In this document: piece after piece, positions 11,947-22,396 of the stretch
Position numbering within the stretch: the stretch's first letter is position 1
Layout: each line of letters opens with the position of its first letter
Origin: an uncultured Armatimonadetes bacterium
Lineage (GTDB): Bacteria; Armatimonadota; UBA5829; DTJY01
Direction: 5' to 3'
Assembly: GCA_963717145.1 (NCBI GenBank)
Contig: OY970325.1
Coordinates: forward strand, 3,296,001-3,360,000
Length of the DNA stretch: 64,000 nucleotides
The notes under the pieces: generated by a model
The model's input: only the letters and a program-made list of their open reading frames with translations
The model's database searches: none
Told to the model about the DNA's origin: nothing
Made by a program: the position numbers and the translations under genes

Positions 11947-12046
11947 CTCTTATCGCCTCCCAATGATCAGCGTAGTATCGAGAGCTCAGAAGTCCGGAGC
12001 ACGCTCGACTCGCTGCCTCCGAATCTACCGCTCTGACTATACTAAA

Positions 12047-12121
12047 TGGAGCCCACGATGGGAATCGGACCCATGACCTCCTCTTTACCAAAGAGGTGCG
12101 CTACCTCTGCGCTACGTGGGC
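12047..12121 (-). tRNA. tRNA-Thr (GGT)
   Basis: GCCCACGTAGCGCAGAGGTAGCGCACCTCTTTGGTAAAGAGG...GTGGGCTCCA. Confidence 0.92.
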
Positions 12122-12286
12122 ACGCTTCGTGCCTGAAGCGACTAACGAACCGTGGGAGCCGTTGAAGCCTCCCGGAGGCCGTGAAGGCCTCCCCTACGGA
12201 TGACATGGTTAATGGAATGGCGAATGGTCGATGAAAGCTCGGGCCATCCATGGACCATCGGCCATAAACCATCAACCATTTGTTAA

Positions 12287-12372
<86 letters not shown>

Positions 12373-12419
12373 ATATCAAATTCGAACTTCGAATCTCGAA
12401 ACTCGAAATTCGAAGTCTA

Positions 12420-12495
12420 TGGAGCCGACGATGGGACTCGAACCCGCAACCTGAGGTTTACAAAACCCCTGCTCTGCCAATTGAGCTACGTCGGC
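12420..12495 (-). tRNA. tRNA-Thr (TGT)
   Basis: GCCGACGTAGCTCAATTGGCAGAGCAGGGGTTTTGTAAACCTCAGG...GTCGGCTCCA. Confidence 0.95.
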
Positions 12496-12496
12496 A

Positions 12497-13132
12497 TCAA
12501 TCTCCTATGTGCTGGCCTATCTTACGCTTTGCACGCTGAAGAGCGTTGTCCACCGATTTCGTATGGCACGCAAGTGACCCGGCCATCTCCTGATACGACA
12601 TCCCCTTCAGGTAGCACTTGAGGACCTCGGCCTCCAGGCGGCTGAGTTCATCATCCATGCCGCTCAGGAGGTACTTCCTGACCTGCTCGTCCAGGAGCGC
12701 TCTTTCGGGATCGGCCACGCCGTCGTCCGGTATGACGTCGATCAGAGCGCCTTCGGGCTCGCCATCGACAACGGATCCATGGAGCGAGATGTACCGGTTC
12801 AACGGGACGTGTTTCTGCCTGGTCGCTGTCTTCACGGCGGTGATTATCTGCCGAGTTACGCATAGTTCCGCAAACGCGCGGAAATGCGACAACCGATCCA
12901 TGCGGAAATCCCGAATCGCCTTGTAGAGGCCTATCATGCCCTCTTGGATCACATCCTCGCGATCCGCCCCTGCAAGGAAGTACGATCTGGCTTTCCCCTC
13001 GACCAGGCCCTTATACTTGCTCAGAAGGTGTTCCGTTGCCTCGTCGCTTCCGTGCTTTGCGCGCCGGACGATCTCCTCGTCCGCCATGCCTCGGAAGCCG
13101 CCGAGCACACCGTAGTCGGACATCCTATCCAT
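12497..13132 (-). CDS. sigH: SigH-family RNA polymerase sigma factor
   Basis: SYFLAGADREDVIQEGMIGLYKAIRDF, FAELCVTRQIITAVKTATRQKH.PLN, KSVDNALQR. Confidence 0.93.
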   Translation of the reverse strand: MDRMSDYGVLGGFRGMADEEIVRRAKHGSDEATEHLLSKYKGLVEGKARSYFLAGADREDVIQEGMIGLYKAIRDFRMDRLSHFRAFAELCVTRQIITAVKTATRQKHVPLNRYISLHGSVVDGEPEGALIDVIPDDGVADPERALLDEQVRKYLLSGMDDELSRLEAEVLKCYLKGMSYQEMAGSLACHTKSVDNALQRAKRKIGQHIGD

Positions 13133-13260
13133 CAACACCACGCTCCCTGACCGGAGTCTAGTAAGCCTCCTGTGGGACCTATGCTCCCAACCGCATACGA
13201 AACCAGTATTCACTTTTATGAGTGTCCGGCCAAACCACCGCCGAACACTCACGTTCGTAC

Positions 13261-13289
13261 ATTATAGGGGCGAGTGTGCGGGTTGTCAA
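13261..13289 (-). promoter_or_regulatory. Consensus sigma70-type promoter upstream of sigH
   Basis: TTGACA-17 bp-TATAAT on the minus strand. Confidence 0.8.
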
Positions 13290-13323
13290 TACCCTTAGGA
13301 ATCTTTTCGGATCCGCAGGCCTC

Positions 13324-13440
13324 GACCGACCCTCACCCCCGCAGACCGTAGGGGCGATCCTTCAACGGTCGCCCGTCGCCTGAATTCGCGGGCGACCGTT
13401 GAAGGATCGCCCCTACGGTCTGCGGGGGTGAGGGTCGGTC
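13324..13440. repeat. Perfect inverted repeat (52-bp arms) with GTAGGGGCGATCCTTC REP core
   Basis: Arms 13324-13375 and 13389-13440; related half copy near 9299-9326. Confidence 0.92.
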
Positions 13441-13455
13441 CAGATTGAGGGACTG

Positions 13456-14781
13456 TCACATTTCGGCGGGCTTGGGGACGGCGACTATCCGGCTCTCCGG
13501 CGCATAGTAGTCCTGAGATACGAGATCCCGCGAGACCTCCTGGCCGTACTCCTTGATGACCCGGTAGACGCTTACTCTGTGACCGGAGCGTCCGCCCTGC
13601 TTCACTGCTCGTCCTCCAGGATCGAGACCGGCGTCGACCTGCGTCACAGTGCGGGCGCCGATGATGCTGTGGCCCTGCGTGACGATCTCGACTTCTCGGC
13701 CCTCCTGTTTGCCGCCGAACATGGTGACGTTGACGGTGCTTTTCCCGACGGACGCGGAGATGTAGATCGGCATGTCGGTATCATTCTTGAACTTGAGGTC
13801 AATAGTAGGCGCGACGGTCGCATCCCGTCCAACCGGGGCGTACACCACAGGGCGGGAATGATGCGATCTCTTCACGATCTGCAGGTTGGCGAGCAGGGCG
13901 GCATTGTAGACGGTGGTGGAAACCTGGCAGACGCCGCCACCTGTGCCGGACTCTATGCGGCCCTCGACAAACATCTTGGCATCCCGGAACCCGTATTTCT
14001 TGTCGCGCGGGCCGACGACCTTGTTGTAGCTGAACACCTCGCCGGGTTTCAACAGCGTGCCGTCCAAGGCACGGCAGGCCACGACGAGGTTGTGGCTTCG
14101 GTCGCGCTCCCAGGAGTTGTATGAGGTCGAGTAGGAACCGATGACGCCGTCGATCCCTTCGAAATCGGATGCTCTGAGCTTGGGAGCGGCGGTTTCGACA
14201 ACCAGGTCGATCTCCTTCTCCCCGGAGTTCACCGACCGTAAGATGCGGGCCAGGCTCCGGGCGGTATCGACACGAACGCCCGGTTTCTCGGGCTCGACAG
14301 CGATGATGTCACCGGAGAGGACCGGCCTGGCGTCAACGGGCTCGCGATCGATCGTTTCGGCCGTCTTCCGAAGGAACTCGGATGCCGTTTCCCTGTCGAA
14401 TCGATACACCATCGGGAGTTCCGCAGGACGCCGTCTGGCTCTCAGTACCTCGGCCAGGCGGTGCAGGATGCTCCCCTGCCTGCCGACATGATAGGCAGCC
14501 TCGGCGCTCGCATAGACGTCGGGCGTCGCCCCGATGTCGGCAAGAGTTGCAGCCCGGGAGTCGCCGGCATATCGTAGCACCACATTCTGCGTGGGGAAGT
14601 CGGAAGTCCTGAGCGACAGGAGCTGCGTGGCCTGGTGGATGGTCATGTTGCTGAGATCAGCGCCGCCGACGTGGACGCCCGGGTGGACTCTGTCGCCCGC
14701 GAGCAAGGCAAAAGCCGTGCCCGCGAAGACGGCGACGATGGAAACCCCGATGATGACTGCGATCTTGAACCTGCGCGACAA
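13456..14781 (-). CDS. VanW-family protein with peptidoglycan-binding and G5-like domains
   Basis: N-terminal TM; PGEVFSYNKVVGPR, GGGVCQVSTTVYNAAL, RSHHS, GRDATV, DLKFKN. Confidence 0.92.
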   Translation of the reverse strand: MSRRFKIAVIIGVSIVAVFAGTAFALLAGDRVHPGVHVGGADLSNMTIHQATQLLSLRTSDFPTQNVVLRYAGDSRAATLADIGATPDVYASAEAAYHVGRQGSILHRLAEVLRARRRPAELPMVYRFDRETASEFLRKTAETIDREPVDARPVLSGDIIAVEPEKPGVRVDTARSLARILRSVNSGEKEIDLVVETAAPKLRASDFEGIDGVIGSYSTSYNSWERDRSHNLVVACRALDGTLLKPGEVFSYNKVVGPRDKKYGFRDAKMFVEGRIESGTGGGVCQVSTTVYNAALLANLQIVKRSHHSRPVVYAPVGRDATVAPTIDLKFKNDTDMPIYISASVGKSTVNVTMFGGKQEGREVEIVTQGHSIIGARTVTQVDAGLDPGGRAVKQGGRSGHRVSVYRVIKEYGQEVSRDLVSQDYYAPESRIVAVPKPAEM

Positions 14782-14821
14782 TTCCGTACCTGCTTAAGCC
14801 AAACAAAAGACCCTCCGCCGT

Positions 14822-14927
14822 CTCAGACCCACCCAACCCGCGTTCGGGCAGGAGTTGTACTCCTGCCTGTCCCACCTGGCGGGCAGGAGTACAACTCCTG
14901 CCCGAACGCGGGTTGGGTGGGTCTGAG
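14822..14927. repeat. Inverted repeat (46-bp arms) with GGGCAGGAGTTGTACTCCTGCC core
   Basis: Arms 14822-14867 and 14882-14927. Confidence 0.9.
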
Positions 14928-15006
14928 GACGGTGAAAGGCCTTGAACCTTCTACTGTCTAATATAGCACGATTTGCGGGCGTGGACAAGCGCGGGATTGC
15001 GCGGTC

Positions 15007-15357
15007 CTATGGGGCGACGTGTTTGCCGCCAATCGAGCAAAGCGGATCCTGATTGACGGCGGCTATGGTATACACGCCGCCTGCCGGACACGCGGGCATG
15101 TCCTTCAGGTAGGTCGGGTACAGGTCGTCCCACTGAGCAACTGCGGTGATGGGCTGCTTGCTATCCATCGCCCACGACTCTTTGGCGTACTTGATCTGCC
15201 TTAGCTGCGCGCTGCACGTCTTTGCCTGCGACCTGTCTCGAGCGCCGATCCAGGCAGGTACTGCGAGCCCGACCAGCACGGCCATGATCAGAATCGTGAT
15301 CATGATCTCGACGAGCGTGAACCCTTTGTTGCCGCTCAGATGAAGTTTTCTTGCCAT
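15007..15357 (-). CDS. Prepilin-type (type IV pilin/pseudopilin) protein
   Basis: KG/FTLVEIMI cleavage motif; CPAGGVY..C. Confidence 0.9.
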   Translation of the reverse strand: MARKLHLSGNKGFTLVEIMITILIMAVLVGLAVPAWIGARDRSQAKTCSAQLRQIKYAKESWAMDSKQPITAVAQWDDLYPTYLKDMPACPAGGVYTIAAVNQDPLCSIGGKHVAP

Positions 15358-15399
15358 CACTATAGCCCCGGAGGTAAGCGGGGAGCATACCCCTATGTG

Positions 15400-15498
15400 A
15401 AAAAGCCTCCCGATGCTCCCGGCCGATGGCCTGAACGCGCGGTTCGGGAGGACTCTCTGGAACTTGCAGGGCCGGAATCCCTTGCAGGATTCCGGCCC
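15400..15498 (-). terminator. Two hairpins between the pilin genes; the downstream one ends in a T-run
   Basis: gggccggaatcc/ggattccggccc at 15469-15498, and cctcccga...tcgggagg-cttttt on the minus strand. Confidence 0.5.
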
Positions 15499-15518
15499 CA
15501 AATCCGAGTCAGGCCACT

Positions 15519-15902
15519 TTACAGAACGTGGTCGTCGCTTGTCGTACCGGCGTCGTTTGCGCCGATATCACAGGTCGGGTCGGTGCCTACCACATCCTCG
15601 GTATACGTTCCGCCCGACGGACAGACAGGCGTTGCCTTGATGTAGTTACTGGCTCCCACCAGGTCGGCCAAGCCGTTGGGAATGGCGGCCCCTGCGGCGG
15701 CCTTGTTGTCCATCGCCCACTGTTCCTTCGCGGCATCGATCTGCTTCAGGTTCGATACGCATGCCTTAGCGCGGGACGTCTCCCTTGCCTTGATGAAGTT
15801 CGGCACTGCGATCGCGAGCAGGATGCCGATGATCAGGACGACGATCATGATCTCGATGAGGGTGAAACCCTTCTCACTGCGTCTCTCTCTGATTGCCTTC
15901 AC
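15519..15902 (-). CDS. Prepilin-type (type IV pilin/pseudopilin) protein
   Basis: AGGAGG RBS, GTG start, KG/FTLIEIMIVVLIIGILLAIAVPNF, CVSNLKQI..AKEQWA, CPSGGTY. Confidence 0.92.
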   Translation of the reverse strand: MKAIRERRSEKGFTLIEIMIVVLIIGILLAIAVPNFIKARETSRAKACVSNLKQIDAAKEQWAMDNKAAAGAAIPNGLADLVGASNYIKATPVCPSGGTYTEDVVGTDPTCDIGANDAGTTSDDHVL

Positions 15903-16236
15903 TAATACACCTCCTGAGAACTTGTGCTGACGCTGCAGCAATTGGGAAACCCGGCGTCCGCTCAATCCTTTGACTGGACACCGCGTGAAGCTCTCTATCC
16001 ACAAGTAATATGGCTATATGGCTTCATGGGGATTCTTCCATACCCCCGCGAGGCCTTTCACACGGTTTTTTCGTGGGGCCTCCGCTACCGGTGGAATTGC
16101 TTCAGGAGGATTATCGGCGGGCAGGGGGGAGGACATTAGACCTTGGACTTTGGACCTTCAACCTTAGCTCATCGGTTGCCCCGCCTTCAGGCCAAGGTCT
16201 GAAGTCTGGAGTCTAAGGTCTGGAGTCTAGCGTCTC

Positions 16237-18174
16237 CTACGGCCAGAAGGCATACGTCTGCGTGTGGAGAACAATGCCGACGATCGTCCACAGGCTGCCC
16301 ATCACGCATTCACCGAGGATCAGGCCGAGGAAGAGAGGCACAGCCGTGCGGTAGGTCCTCAATCCGCCGTATCGCAGAAGCATCAGCTTGATGAACCATG
16401 CGATCAACATACATATCCAGAGCTGGTGCATGGACCAGGTACTCGAGACGGCAAACCCGACGGGATGGAATGGGAACCAGAAGAACCGCATCCTGAGCGC
16501 GTTGAGCAGAATCGTGAACACAAAGCCTACGATGATCGCGTAGGTGATGTTCGTGCTCGGAATCTGCACGCCTTTCAGCCAGCCATCCAGCCTGTTGAAC
16601 GGCTCTCCGCCGAAGATCATCGGAACGGTCGGCGGCGCAACCTTCGAGACCGCGCCGACCTGATAGCAGATGTGAAGCTGGGACCAGAAGCTGGCGATCG
16701 TGCCCGCGACGACCGCAATCATGATGGCGATGAACAGCTTGCGGTAGCTCATCGAGGCGCGCTCGGCCATCTTGTAGCCCTCGAGTTGGAACGGCATCGG
16801 GTGCGCTCGATAGGCACGGTTGAACCAGAACATCATCGAGAGGACGACGAGGTTCTGCGGGCTGAGGTGAGCTGGTCCGATCACCGACGCCAGGATGATA
16901 TCGGGTCCTGCGCCATGGAGGTCGTGAGCGGGCGGACCGAGTTCGGCGCGCATTCGGGTGATGGCGATCGACATGGCAAAGTATATGGCGAAGAATGCCA
17001 CTATCAGCCAGAGGGACATGCCCATGGCATACACGAATGCGACGAGCAGAAGGCCGCCGGCCATCGCACCGAATGCGGCGGTCCGATATCTGATCGGCTC
17101 GGTCTCATCGTCCATGTCGCCTGCGCCGGTGAACACGTGGCGCATAACCGCCGATAAATGCTTGCGGCTCGACCATATGGCGAAGAAGAATATCCCCATG
17201 TACGCGCCAAAAGACTGCTCGCTGACATACGGGAAGCGGGGAATCTCGTTCCATCCCCTGGCGGCGGCGATCACGAGTTCGGCCTTCCAGAAGAGGTAGA
17301 AGAACCATGACGAGAACGAGAGGTCGAGCGGCAGAAGCGTCCCCAGCCCGATCGCGAAGGGGTAGAAGGAGATCGGGCAATATCCGATGGCATTCCAGGG
17401 AGCTGTCGTGATGTAATTGCTCAGGTTGATCTCTTTGATCATGAGCCCCGGAACGGACGGATAGAGCACGTGCAGTCCCTGGATCAGATCGATTGCGACC
17501 GCTGTTCCAATTCCCATCCAGAGCAGCCGGTTACGGAAGAAGCTCGTCTTTTCGGCCGACATATCGAGCGGGAGTTGAACCAGCGGGTACGTCAGCTTCT
17601 CGCGCTCCGTCCACTGCTTCCTCAGCAGCACGGTCAGGCAGAGCATCACCCAGAGCAGGACGATGATGAACAACGTCCACATCATGACCGGCATCGCCCA
17701 TACCATGAGGGTGTGCCGAGTGTAGAGCGTGCTCGCGCCCTGGTAGAAGCCCTTTATCGCCTCAGGATCGCTGACCGAGAGCCATTTCGGGATGTAGCCG
17801 AGGAAGAGGGCCGCCCACTTGTTCTCCGGAGTGGCGAACCTGAAGGGGTGCGGGATCTCAGGGACGAGCACCTGGATCATGTCGTGACCCGCGAGCGCGG
17901 ACGACAGGTTGATCATGATGTATATGGTGAGCATCTCGCCCTGAGAGAGGACGTACCTCGGAGCGATCCGCCGAATACCGGTGTTGGCGACGACAAGCAG
18001 GAGCAGGATGAAGACGGCGTTGTAGAAGAGAGAGATCGTCGTGGGGTGGCCGGCATAGCGCACGATCTCGGTGAGGAAAATCCAGTAGTTGTTGAATGGG
18101 ATGAGGATCAGGGCGATAAGAATTGCCCTGAGTGTCACGCCTGAAACGTTCTTTTCGGGTAGCTGCTTGTTCAT
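16237..18174 (-). CDS. Polytopic membrane protein (DUF6785/DUF6784-like, putative transporter)
   Basis: Many TM segments; RKQWTEREKLTYPL, RMRAELGPP, WFPFHPVGF, PLFLGLILGE. Confidence 0.75.
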   Translation of the reverse strand: MNKQLPEKNVSGVTLRAILIALILIPFNNYWIFLTEIVRYAGHPTTISLFYNAVFILLLLVVANTGIRRIAPRYVLSQGEMLTIYIMINLSSALAGHDMIQVLVPEIPHPFRFATPENKWAALFLGYIPKWLSVSDPEAIKGFYQGASTLYTRHTLMVWAMPVMMWTLFIIVLLWVMLCLTVLLRKQWTEREKLTYPLVQLPLDMSAEKTSFFRNRLLWMGIGTAVAIDLIQGLHVLYPSVPGLMIKEINLSNYITTAPWNAIGYCPISFYPFAIGLGTLLPLDLSFSSWFFYLFWKAELVIAAARGWNEIPRFPYVSEQSFGAYMGIFFFAIWSSRKHLSAVMRHVFTGAGDMDDETEPIRYRTAAFGAMAGGLLLVAFVYAMGMSLWLIVAFFAIYFAMSIAITRMRAELGPPAHDLHGAGPDIILASVIGPAHLSPQNLVVLSMMFWFNRAYRAHPMPFQLEGYKMAERASMSYRKLFIAIMIAVVAGTIASFWSQLHICYQVGAVSKVAPPTVPMIFGGEPFNRLDGWLKGVQIPSTNITYAIIVGFVFTILLNALRMRFFWFPFHPVGFAVSSTWSMHQLWICMLIAWFIKLMLLRYGGLRTYRTAVPLFLGLILGECVMGSLWTIVGIVLHTQTYAFWP

Positions 18175-18379
18175 TGAGAAATTCGAAATACGAGATTGGG
18201 CGAAAGAACACGAAAGCAAAGAAAGAAGCGGAAGCACGGGATGTTGGAGAGGGAGTTGGACTCCATCCCCCAGGCCAGTGGCAGAGGGGATGGAGTCCAA
18301 CTCCATCCCCAACACTCCCTCCCCAACATCCCGGTCTGTGTTTCCGTGCCCTTCTGTGTTTCTGTGCTCTCTCCGCTTC

Positions 18380-19717
18380 TTACGTTCCGCTGATGGTCAT
18401 TTCTGCGATCTTGAAGGTAGGGCTCACTATGGAGGACATGAACTTCGCGTCATTCGCCACCTGCTCGACGTTCAGCATCATGTCGAGCATGTTGCCGGCG
18501 ATGGTGACTTCGTGTACGGGGAACGCCAGTTCGCCGTCCTTGATCCACATGCCCGACGCCCCGACCGAGAAGTCGCCGGTGACGACGCTGACGCCATGGC
18601 CGATCGTTTCGGTGACATAGAACCCATTCGATATCCCCCGGATGATCTCCTCCGGCGAGACGTCCGCCTGCTGCAGGTAGAAGTTCGTGGGCCCGACGGA
18701 CGGCGTTCCGGAGTATCCGCGCCGGGAGTTGCCACTCGGGACTGCGCCGTACTTGCGGGCGGTCCGGGAATCATAGAAGTACATCTTGAGGACGCCGCCA
18801 TCCACAACTGTCTTGCAGCGGGTGAGCAGGCCCTCGCCATCGAACGGCATCGAGCCGACACCCGAGGGCATGAGCGGATCGTCTATCAGCGTGACCAGCG
18901 GCGATGCTATCCGCTTGTCCAGCTTCTTCTTGAGGAATGACATGCCCCTGTGCGCGCCGTCACCGTCGAGCGCCGAGAAGACCGATCCCCAGAGCAGCGG
19001 GGCGGCGGTCCAGTCGAAGACCACGGGCGCCTTCTGCGTCTCGATCTTGCGCGCGCCGAGCTTCCCGACTGCTCGCCTCGCGGCCTCCCGACCGACGTAT
19101 TCAGGCGTTTCGAGTTGGCTGAGGAACCGCTTGCCGGAGCCGTAGGAGCCGATCTCTTTGCCGCCATCCTGTTCCGCCAGCGGCGCACAGCCGATGCCGC
19201 ACCGAGTGCTCTCCCTCGAGTAGAGGATGCCGTTCGAATTGGCGATCACGGACGTGCCGGAGTCGTTGCCGAAGCTGGCGCCATAGCTGTTCGTGATGCG
19301 GCTATCATACGCGAATGCCGCGCTCTCAGTCTCGCGAGCCATCTCGATCTTACGGTCGGTCGGCATACCGGCGATCGACGGATCGAATAGGTCGAGCTTA
19401 GGCGCGACTCCGCGACCGGCTTCGGGCAGGCCGTTGAACCGATCGCGGCCGGCGGACCGGGCGAGTTGGACCGTGGTCTTCACCAGGTCCTCAATGACAC
19501 GGCCATCGAAATCGGTCGTGCTGGCGAAGGCCATCCGCTTGTCGACGAAGACACGGAGCCCGAGTCCCTTCGACGCCGACTGGGTGAGGGTTTCGACCTC
19601 CCCCATTCGGACGTTGACGTCGAATTCGTCGCCGGTCTGGAGGTAGACCTCAGCTTCGTCCGCGCCGGACCGCATCGCGGCCTTTACCACATCTTGTGCG
19701 AGTTGCCGATAATCCAT
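18380..19717 (-). CDS. pmbA: TldE/PmbA family protein
   Basis: GLGLRVF, PFDGEG, VTGDFSVGASG, EVTIAGN; no HExxH. Confidence 0.9.
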   Translation of the reverse strand: MDYRQLAQDVVKAAMRSGADEAEVYLQTGDEFDVNVRMGEVETLTQSASKGLGLRVFVDKRMAFASTTDFDGRVIEDLVKTTVQLARSAGRDRFNGLPEAGRGVAPKLDLFDPSIAGMPTDRKIEMARETESAAFAYDSRITNSYGASFGNDSGTSVIANSNGILYSRESTRCGIGCAPLAEQDGGKEIGSYGSGKRFLSQLETPEYVGREAARRAVGKLGARKIETQKAPVVFDWTAAPLLWGSVFSALDGDGAHRGMSFLKKKLDKRIASPLVTLIDDPLMPSGVGSMPFDGEGLLTRCKTVVDGGVLKMYFYDSRTARKYGAVPSGNSRRGYSGTPSVGPTNFYLQQADVSPEEIIRGISNGFYVTETIGHGVSVVTGDFSVGASGMWIKDGELAFPVHEVTIAGNMLDMMLNVEQVANDAKFMSSIVSPTFKIAEMTISGT

Positions 19718-19896
19718 CATCATACCTCTAGAACACAGATGACACGGATGAGGCACAGATAGCACAGATAGAATGCCGGAGACTTGGAGTAACGGATGTT
19801 CGCTGGATGTATTTCCAGTTCTCCACTACTCCGGTACTCCATCACTCCCATTCCCAATCCTCTGTGTCATCCTCTGCCATCTGTGTGATCTGTGTT

Positions 19897-21346
19897 CTAC
19901 TCCGTAGCGGTTCCCCCGACGGTCATCTCGGAGACCTTGACGGTCGGCATGCCGACGGTCGTCGGGCGCCCTGGCCGCCTTTGCCGCATGTGCCGATCCC
20001 CGGGTCGAGCTTCAGGTCGGAGCCGACCATCACGACCTTCGTCAGGACGTCCGGCCCGTTGCCGATCAGGGTCGCGCCCCTGATCGGCGACGTGAGCTTG
20101 CCGTTCTCGATCAGATAGCCCTCGGTGATGCTGAAAGTAAAGTTGCCGTTCGTGATATCTACCTGACCGCCGCTGAAGTTCGCGGCGTAGACCCCCTGCT
20201 TGACCGACTTGACGATCTCCTCCGGGTCGGATTCACCGGCCTCCATGAAGAAGCACGTCATGCGCGGGATCGGGTAGTCGTGATAGCTCTGACGCCGGCC
20301 GTTGCCGGTGAGCGGAAGTCCGAGCAGCCCGCCGTTCAGACGGTCAGTCATGTACCCGCGAAGCACACCGTTCTCGATCAGCACCTTTCGCTGACCGGGA
20401 GTGCCCTCGTCGTCTATGTTGATGGTCCCCGAGCGCCGAGGATGGTGGCATCGTCCACCAGGGTGCAGATGTCGGTGGCGACCTTCTCCCCCAACCTGCC
20501 CGCGAAGATGCTCATGTTCTTTCGGATGAAATCAGCTTCGAGCCCGTGTCCGACCGCCTCGTGGAGCAGCACCCCACCCCATGCGTTCTTGATGACCACC
20601 GGCATCATCCCCGCGGGCGCCGGCACTGCATCGAGTTGAACGACCGCGATCCGAGCGGCTTCCCGACCGATCTCCTCCGGGGAGACCGCGTCGAAATACT
20701 CCATGCCGACCCGTCCGCCGCCTCCGTAGCTCCCACTGCGGCAAATGTCCTTCTCCGTCGCCAGGCATTGCATCCCCATGCGGATCATCGTCTGGCGGTC
20801 GGCGACCCAGAGTCCTTCGGAGTTGGCGACGACGATCTCCTTCGCCTCGTCCGAGAACGCGGCGTCGACCTGCTTGATGCGATGGTCATAGTCATAGGCA
20901 GCCTTGTTCGCGCGCTTAATGAGCGATATCTTCTGCTTGACCGGGCTTCCCGACGGGTCGATCTCGACGGTATAGAAGTTGGGGGCACTCTCAGGAGTGA
21001 TGCTGATCGGGCTCTCATGACCCGATCCGGCGGCGATGAAGGCGGCGGTCCGAGCGGACTCGAGGAGGCTCTCCCTGTCAAGGCGGTCGGAATAGGCATA
21101 TCCGGTCTTCTCGCCGGAGAGCACGCGGATCCCGACGCCCTGACTGACGCGCATCTCGGCGGACCGGATCTTGCGTTCCTCGAGGGGGATATTCGTACTC
21201 TTCGACCGTTGGATGTAGACCTCCGCGAAGTCGCCCCCGCGGCTCAAGGCGGCGGAGAGGAGCTTCTCGATCTCTTCCTTTGGCAGCAGAGCGGAGACTT
21301 CGAGTTCGGGTGCGATTCTGCTCGGCGAACCGGCTGTCAGTTCCAT
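19897..21346 (-). CDS. tldD: TldD metalloprotease (frameshifts near 20425 and 19970)
   Basis: [44 protein letters not shown]. Confidence 0.9.
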
Positions 21347-21446
21347 GTGGCATCCCTATTCGCAAAGGTAATGGACAACGGGTGAATGTTAGCAGAACGC
21401 CTCAACCTTCGTCAAGCTCAGGCCCTGGCGCGGGTGCATTTCCGCA

Positions 21447-21590
21447 GAGTGGGTCAGCCTCGCGTTATGCCACCAGAGTGGCTACTCGAGGAGAACGGTT
21501 GGGTGGTCTGCCAGGCTTCCCAAGCCCCAACCGTCTAGTCTCGAGTAGGTTTCTCTGGAAACCATAACGAGAGACGGTCGCCACCCACTC
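21447..21590. repeat. Structured element: divergent pair of CGAGT(A/G)-hairpin(TCTG)-YRTAHCGA units, copy 1
   Basis: Long imperfect hairpin; closely similar to 23624-23742. Confidence 0.85.
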
Positions 21591-22254
21591 AACTCGAATG
21601 CACCCCCCTGGCGCCGTCCTCAACGACGAAGATGCCGGTGTCGGCCATCAGATTGGGGAGGAAACTGACGACGTGGCATTGGCCCTCACCGGTCGTGCGC
21701 AGGGGGATCTCCTTGAGGATTCGGAGGTCGGCTACCCGGCAGAAATCGCGAAAATCGGCCAGTGTCGCCAGGTGGATGTTCGGCGTGTCGTACCATTCGT
21801 ACGGAAGCCTGGGACTCTTCGGCATGCGGCCCATGATCCCAAGCTGAAATCTTATCCGGAGGTAGCCGAAGTTCGGGAAGCTGATGATGCACTTCTTGCC
21901 GACCCGCGCCATCTCCTTGATGAGGAACAGGGGCCGCTGGAGAACCTGGATCGTGTTCGTCAGGATCACGTAATCGACGGACTGGTCTCCGTAATCCGCC
22001 AGTCCCTCGTTGAGGTTTCCGTGGTGGACGTTGAAGAGCCCCTTCGCAACGCACGACTGGATGCATTCTTCGGACAACTCGATCCCCTCGGCGCGGACGT
22101 TCTTGAGCGCCTTGAGAGCCTTTAGCAGGTCGCCCTCGCCACATCCGAGGTCCATCACCCGGCTGCCCTCGTCGATCAGGTCGATGATGACCTTGTGCTC
22201 GGGTGCCAGGTGCAGGACGGAGCCGTCTTCGTTCATTGTGGTTTCTTCGGCCAT
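21589..22254 (-). CDS. metW: Methionine biosynthesis protein MetW
   Basis: VMDLGCGEGDLL, SFPNFGY, GRMP...LPYEWYDTPNIH; follows metX. Confidence 0.93.
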   Translation of the reverse strand: MAEETTMNEDGSVLHLAPEHKVIIDLIDEGSRVMDLGCGEGDLLKALKALKNVRAEGIELSEECIQSCVAKGLFNVHHGNLNEGLADYGDQSVDYVILTNTIQVLQRPLFLIKEMARVGKKCIISFPNFGYLRIRFQLGIMGRMPKSPRLPYEWYDTPNIHLATLADFRDFCRVADLRILKEIPLRTTGEGQCHVVSFLPNLMADTGIFVVEDGARGVHSS

Positions 22255-22276
22255 ACTAACCCTTAGGTAAGTCCCC

Positions 22277-22379
22277 ACCGTCAGTCCTGAGTGCGCCTCT
22301 GGGCGTGTAACGAAGGACGGCCTTACTGCACCGAGCCGTCCTTCGTTACACGCCCAGAGGCGCACTCAGGACTGACGGT
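22277..22379. repeat. Perfect inverted repeat (45-bp arms), CCTGAGTG-hairpin(TCTG)-TGTAACGAAGG
   Basis: Arms 22277-22321 and 22335-22379. Confidence 0.92.
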
Positions 22380-22396
22380 TGCGCAGAATGACAGAG

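Noticed and set aside
15903-16130. c-di-GMP riboswitch upstream of the pilins
   Set aside because: No recognisable GEMM consensus by eye
21447-21590. Hairpin or HDV-like ribozyme, or integron attC site
   Set aside because: The hairpin-ribozyme-like CCAGAGAAAC (minus strand) is not conserved in copy 2, no HDV pseudoknot could be built, and there are no RYYYAAC/GTTRRRY boxes or integrase
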